In this document: piece by piece, positions 60,472 through 64,000 of the stretch | How the letters are laid out: each line of letters opens with the position of its first letter | Numbering within the stretch: the first letter of the stretch is position 1 | DNA from: Aggregatilineales bacterium | GTDB lineage: Bacteria; Chloroflexota; Anaerolineae; Aggregatilineales; J027 | DNA: 64,000 bases | NCBI GenBank assembly: GCA_965215855.1 | Contig: CBDCER010000003.1 | Location: 2,968,880 to 3,032,879 of the forward strand | Reading direction: 5' to 3' | The notes under the pieces: generated by a model | The model's database searches: none | Told to the model about the DNA's origin: nothing | Seen by the model: the letters and a program-made list of their open reading frames with translations, nothing else | Program-made: the position numbers and the translations under genes

Positions 60472-62175
60472 ATGTTGAGACAGATTGCTGGTTTATTGAA
60501 TTTTTCGCAATACCAGGATCCCATTCAAGCACGGACAGCCCTCAACATTTCCATTGTCGCCATTATTGGAATTGGGGTTGGCGTGGTCATGGGCATAAAC
60601 AATGCGCTGTCGCCATCTTCTGTTTTGCCGACGAATGCACTAATTGTTGCCATTGTCGCGCTAGAAATCGCGGCCCTAGGGGCATTATGGTTGGTGCGTA
60701 TCGGTTATTTGCAGTATGCGAGTCCCCCATTGATTGGTGCTGTATTGTTTCCGACGGCTTTGGTATTGCTTGAGTTGGACGAAGGTGTGGTGACCCATGA
60801 AGCGGGTTATCTGTGGGTGGCCGTGATATTGGCGGTTGTTATTGCGAATCGGAATGTTGTGGCCCTCACGGGTGTGGCAACGGCTTTTGTGCATTTCTTG
60901 ACATTGATTGGTTTGCGAGGCGACGTCAATAATACGGTCGTCGAAGCCTTTATCGAGTTGACAGTGGTTACAATGTTCCTGACAATACTTGGCATTCTCA
61001 TCAGCAATGATCTGCATACAATTACGGAAAAGGCCGTTGCACAATCTGAACTGAGACGATTGCAGCTCATTGAGACCAGCAACGCGGTGTCTGCCCGTAT
61101 CTTTTCGCGCTTGGAACAAGAGGCATTGTTAAGGGATGCGGTGGAGATTATTCGCGAGCGGTTTGATCAGATTTATCATGCACAGGTTTTTTTGCTGGAT
61201 ACCCAGACCGGTAATGCTGTTCTTCGTGCAAGCACAGGCGAGGTGGGTAAGCAATTGATAGCGCGTCAACATCAGTTGCCAGTTGGTAGTCAGAGTGTGA
61301 TTGGGCGGGTGACGGCCAGCGGCGAGCATGTCCTGGCGAGTAATACCAATGTTGATTCGAGGCATAAACGTAATGAATTGTTGCCGGATACGCGCACTGA
61401 ATTGGCTTTGCCCTTGCGGGTTGAAGAAGGCATTATTGGTGTGTTGGATTTGCAAAGCCGGATACCGAATGTGTTCAATCAGGAAGATGTTGACATTCTG
61501 CAAACCCTGGCAGATCAAATTGCGATTGCGATTGATAACGCCCAATTGTTGGCGGCAGTGCAGACAAGCGCCGAGGAGAATTTGCGATTGCTGCAACAGG
61601 AGCAACAAAATCGCCATGAGATTGAACGCCTCAATCGGGAATTGGTGGGCAAAGCCTGGGAAGATTATGTACACATCACTGTTGAACATCCGCATCAAGC
61701 AGTCGATATGGCAACTGGGCACGTGATGGTGGGGGATATTGTGCCCAGTCCGGTCGCCAAACAAGCAATGCAAACAGGACAACTGGTGGTAGAGACGACT
61801 GATGATGGGCAGAAGATCGCTATCCCGATTATTATCCAGGGTGCGACAGTGGCGACGATTGATTTTGATGTGCCCCCAGATAAGCCAGTTACAGATAATA
61901 CACGCACAGCTTTGCGGACAATAGGGGAACGTGTGGGACTAATTGCTGAGAATGCCCGCTTATTTGAGGCTGCTCAAGAGGTTGCGACTTCACGGGAGCA
62001 ATTAAACCGCATTTCTTCCAGGCTTCAGGGATTGTCGGATATTGAGACCTTGTTGAGCATTGCGGTTTCAGAGCTGGGGCATACACTCGGCGCACAACAG
62101 GGCCATATCCAGTTGCAGGCAACCCAGCAACGGTCAATTGATGACGAGTGGGTGGAGGTTGTAACCAATGATTGA
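60472..62175 (+). CDS. Membrane protein: ~6 TM N-terminus plus GAF plus coiled coil plus GAF-like region, no output domain
   Basis: Hydrophobic first ~190 aa. GAF (..AQVFLLDTQTGNAVLRAS..ELALPLRVEEGIIGVLDLQS..ADQIAIAIDNAQLL). Second partial GAF ending ..ENARLFE. Confidence 0.75.
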   Translation: MLRQIAGLLNFSQYQDPIQARTALNISIVAIIGIGVGVVMGINNALSPSSVLPTNALIVAIVALEIAALGALWLVRIGYLQYASPPLIGAVLFPTALVLLELDEGVVTHEAGYLWVAVILAVVIANRNVVALTGVATAFVHFLTLIGLRGDVNNTVVEAFIELTVVTMFLTILGILISNDLHTITEKAVAQSELRRLQLIETSNAVSARIFSRLEQEALLRDAVEIIRERFDQIYHAQVFLLDTQTGNAVLRASTGEVGKQLIARQHQLPVGSQSVIGRVTASGEHVLASNTNVDSRHKRNELLPDTRTELALPLRVEEGIIGVLDLQSRIPNVFNQEDVDILQTLADQIAIAIDNAQLLAAVQTSAEENLRLLQQEQQNRHEIERLNRELVGKAWEDYVHITVEHPHQAVDMATGHVMVGDIVPSPVAKQAMQTGQLVVETTDDGQKIAIPIIIQGATVATIDFDVPPDKPVTDNTRTALRTIGERVGLIAENARLFEAAQEVATSREQLNRISSRLQGLSDIETLLSIAVSELGHTLGAQQGHIQLQATQQRSIDDEWVEVVTND

Positions 62176-63814
62176 ATACCTCCAACGCCTTTACCAGCTG
62201 CGTTTTACCTATGAAGCTCCAGCGGCACGACAACGAGCACAATTGCTGTTGATGCTGTCGATGGTGTTGATTGGCCTAGGCGTTCTTGTGTTGGTTTCAT
62301 TACCAATTGCTGCTCTAGTCGGCTCAAGCGAAATATCCTTGAGCCTATTGATGCTGGCGGTTTTCGTAACCGGCTTGATGTTTGTTGTGCAGAGGTTGGT
62401 TCAAAGCGGGCAGCACGAAGCCGGAGCCTATTTGTTTTCAGGTATGATTGCTCTAGTGTATTTATCTGTATTTTTAGCGGAGCCTACAGCGACTAACCCC
62501 GCAGTTATGGGACTGATAGTCCCAGTTTTGATTGTCTCATTTTTGATTGGGCATCGTGTCATGTTATTGACTGCGTTGATCTTGGGGGGAATTGTCGCGG
62601 CAATCATTGGCTTTGAAATTGCGGCAGATTCGTATCCACAACCGCCTGATGAGCGACAATTCGCTATTGGTGTTATGTTTTATTTCTTGTCGACGCTGGT
62701 ATTGAGTCTGTTTGTGACTTCTTGGGCATTGGCGGGCTTGAGCCGAAGTATTCAGCAGAGCTATCGTATGCAACGGTTGACGCAATCAATCCGCATTATC
62801 AGCCATTTTGTACGAAGCTCTACCGAATTTTCATTGCAGGATGTGGTTGATCTTATCCGTACCGAATTCGATGTTTATTATGTGCAGCTTTTTCTGCTAG
62901 AAGATAGCGGGCGCTACATATTAAAAGCAGCGACGGGTATAGCTGGGCAGCGGGCAGTGACGAGTGACCAGTCAATTGATGCTGATGGAACAACCACATC
63001 AGCACTGGCTATTCAACGCAAAACGTCTGTCCTGATAACTATTCATGATCCACAGTCTCAACGGGGTGATTTTCTGGCTGCAACAAGTGCGGAATTAGCA
63101 GTCCCTTTGCAACAGGCCAGGCTAGTTAGTGGTCTACTGGTGTTGCAAAGTGAAAACCATGACGCGTTTACCCGCGATAGCATTGATCTTGTCGAGATAC
63201 TTGCCAGCGAGCTGGCACTGGCTATACAGGTCCGACAGCAACAGGCTCAGGTCGCCAGTTATGAGCAGCAAACTGAAGATCAACGCCAAAAGATTGAGCA
63301 ATATCAACGCGATTTACAGCATCTTTCACACTCGTTGGAAGGTCAGGTGTGGCAAGATTATCTGCAGTCGCAAGAAACGGGTGTCGGCTTGGTGTGGAAT
63401 CGTGGAATCATGGCAAAATCATCTGCATTACCGCCGCCCGATACGCAACAGCCAAATCTTGAGAGACTCCCGGATGGTAGGCAGCGCCTTTCTGTCCCTA
63501 TTATGTTAAGCCATCAGCCATTGGGAGAAATCGTTTTTGAGGCTTCGGCAGAAACGGCTTGGAGTGAGCAGACGCTGGATTTGGCGAGTGCAGTTTCCAG
63601 TCGCCTGGCATTAGCGTTGGATAATGCTCGATTGTTTTATCAATCGCAGACCATTGCCGCCCGCGAGCAGATGATTGGCACAGTTGTCGCCGAGTTGCAG
63701 GATGCTCGTGATTTGGAATTGCTATTGAATCGAGCAGCCACCATCTTCAATCGTGTATTAGGCGCAGAGCAGACCCATATCCGGCTGGGGATAGCGCAGC
63801 CAACCAGTGAATAG
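62168..63814 (+). CDS. Paralogous membrane GAF protein (same architecture as 60472-62175)
   Basis: 8-nt overlap with the upstream gene. TM-rich N-terminus. GAF (..YVQLFLLEDSGRYILKAA..ELAVPLQQARLVSGLLVLQS..). Second GAF-like region ending ..LDNARLFY. Confidence 0.75.
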   Translation: MIEYLQRLYQLRFTYEAPAARQRAQLLLMLSMVLIGLGVLVLVSLPIAALVGSSEISLSLLMLAVFVTGLMFVVQRLVQSGQHEAGAYLFSGMIALVYLSVFLAEPTATNPAVMGLIVPVLIVSFLIGHRVMLLTALILGGIVAAIIGFEIAADSYPQPPDERQFAIGVMFYFLSTLVLSLFVTSWALAGLSRSIQQSYRMQRLTQSIRIISHFVRSSTEFSLQDVVDLIRTEFDVYYVQLFLLEDSGRYILKAATGIAGQRAVTSDQSIDADGTTTSALAIQRKTSVLITIHDPQSQRGDFLAATSAELAVPLQQARLVSGLLVLQSENHDAFTRDSIDLVEILASELALAIQVRQQQAQVASYEQQTEDQRQKIEQYQRDLQHLSHSLEGQVWQDYLQSQETGVGLVWNRGIMAKSSALPPPDTQQPNLERLPDGRQRLSVPIMLSHQPLGEIVFEASAETAWSEQTLDLASAVSSRLALALDNARLFYQSQTIAAREQMIGTVVAELQDARDLELLLNRAATIFNRVLGAEQTHIRLGIAQPTSE

Positions 63815-63816
63815 GC

Positions 63817-64000
63817 ATGAGAGGGCATAACGTGAACCGACGCCGTTGGACTAAATGGACCTTGGGGACACGACTTGTTGTGGGATACATCGTGACCCTG
63901 GTGATCCCGTTTGTCATCCTGGCTGGTATCTTGTTGCAATCTGGTGTTAACCGGTTGAACCGACAGGCCGAAGAAACGACGCAACTACTGGTGGAATTGA
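63817..64000 (+). CDS. 5' end of a membrane sensor gene (truncated by window edge)
   Basis: An ATG 2 nt after the upstream stop opens a frame to the window end: MRGHNVNRRRWTKWTLGTRLVVGYIVTLVIPFVILAGILL.. (basic N-terminus plus TM helix). Not in the ORF track because no stop is reached. Confidence 0.45.
   Translation, partial: MRGHNVNRRRWTKWTLGTRLVVGYIVTLVIPFVILAGILLQSGVNRLNRQAEETTQLLVEL

Overview
This 64-kb window is chromosomal DNA from a moderate-GC bacterium. Gene content suggests a Chloroflexota-like, non-methanogenic organism: many REC, GAF and histidine-kinase proteins, tightly overlapping operons, and an Hdr/Mvh hydrogenase. That taxonomic call is inference only. I can support about 55 protein genes, 2 tRNAs (Phe-GAA, Arg-ACG), one intact ISL3 insertion sequence with target-site duplication, several intrinsic terminators and a few candidate regulatory sites. 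No CRISPR array or rRNA is present.

Main blocks, in order:
- UPF0718/TIGR03943 permease pair plus a TolB-like protein
- FIST-HK-RR signalling string
- Three small exported proteins
- REC-HK and REC-degenerate-GGDEF genes, plus a Nudix gene
- GH13 gene with a CUT1 sugar ABC transporter
- Hen1-Pnkp RNA repair cassette
- uvrB
- Amino-acid ABC permease with an internally duplicated binding protein
- Tyrosine integrase, then VOC, Yip1-like, NHL/PPC and a 1079-aa orphan protein, ending at the ISL3 element
- FadR-like regulator with an AGPS-like flavoprotein, GlpD and an FGGY kinase
- hdrCBA-mvhDGA, a maturation protease and a cNMP-binding protein
- PolX, a Pro-rich SH3 protein, LigA, RlmI and a DUF3048 protein
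- Tandem PHB-depolymerase-like esterase
- Catalytically degenerate recombinase-like gene next to tRNA-Arg
- Two CheY-like regulators followed by three output-less GAF proteins

The most unusual items are the RR-RR-GAFx3 string with a shared C-terminal module, the 1079-aa orphan protein, the degenerate recombinase, the cNMP-domain gene coupled to the hydrogenase operon together with an SD-sequestering leader hairpin, and the IS insertion that separates a gene from its terminator. All domain calls are by-eye motif recognition. No searches were run.
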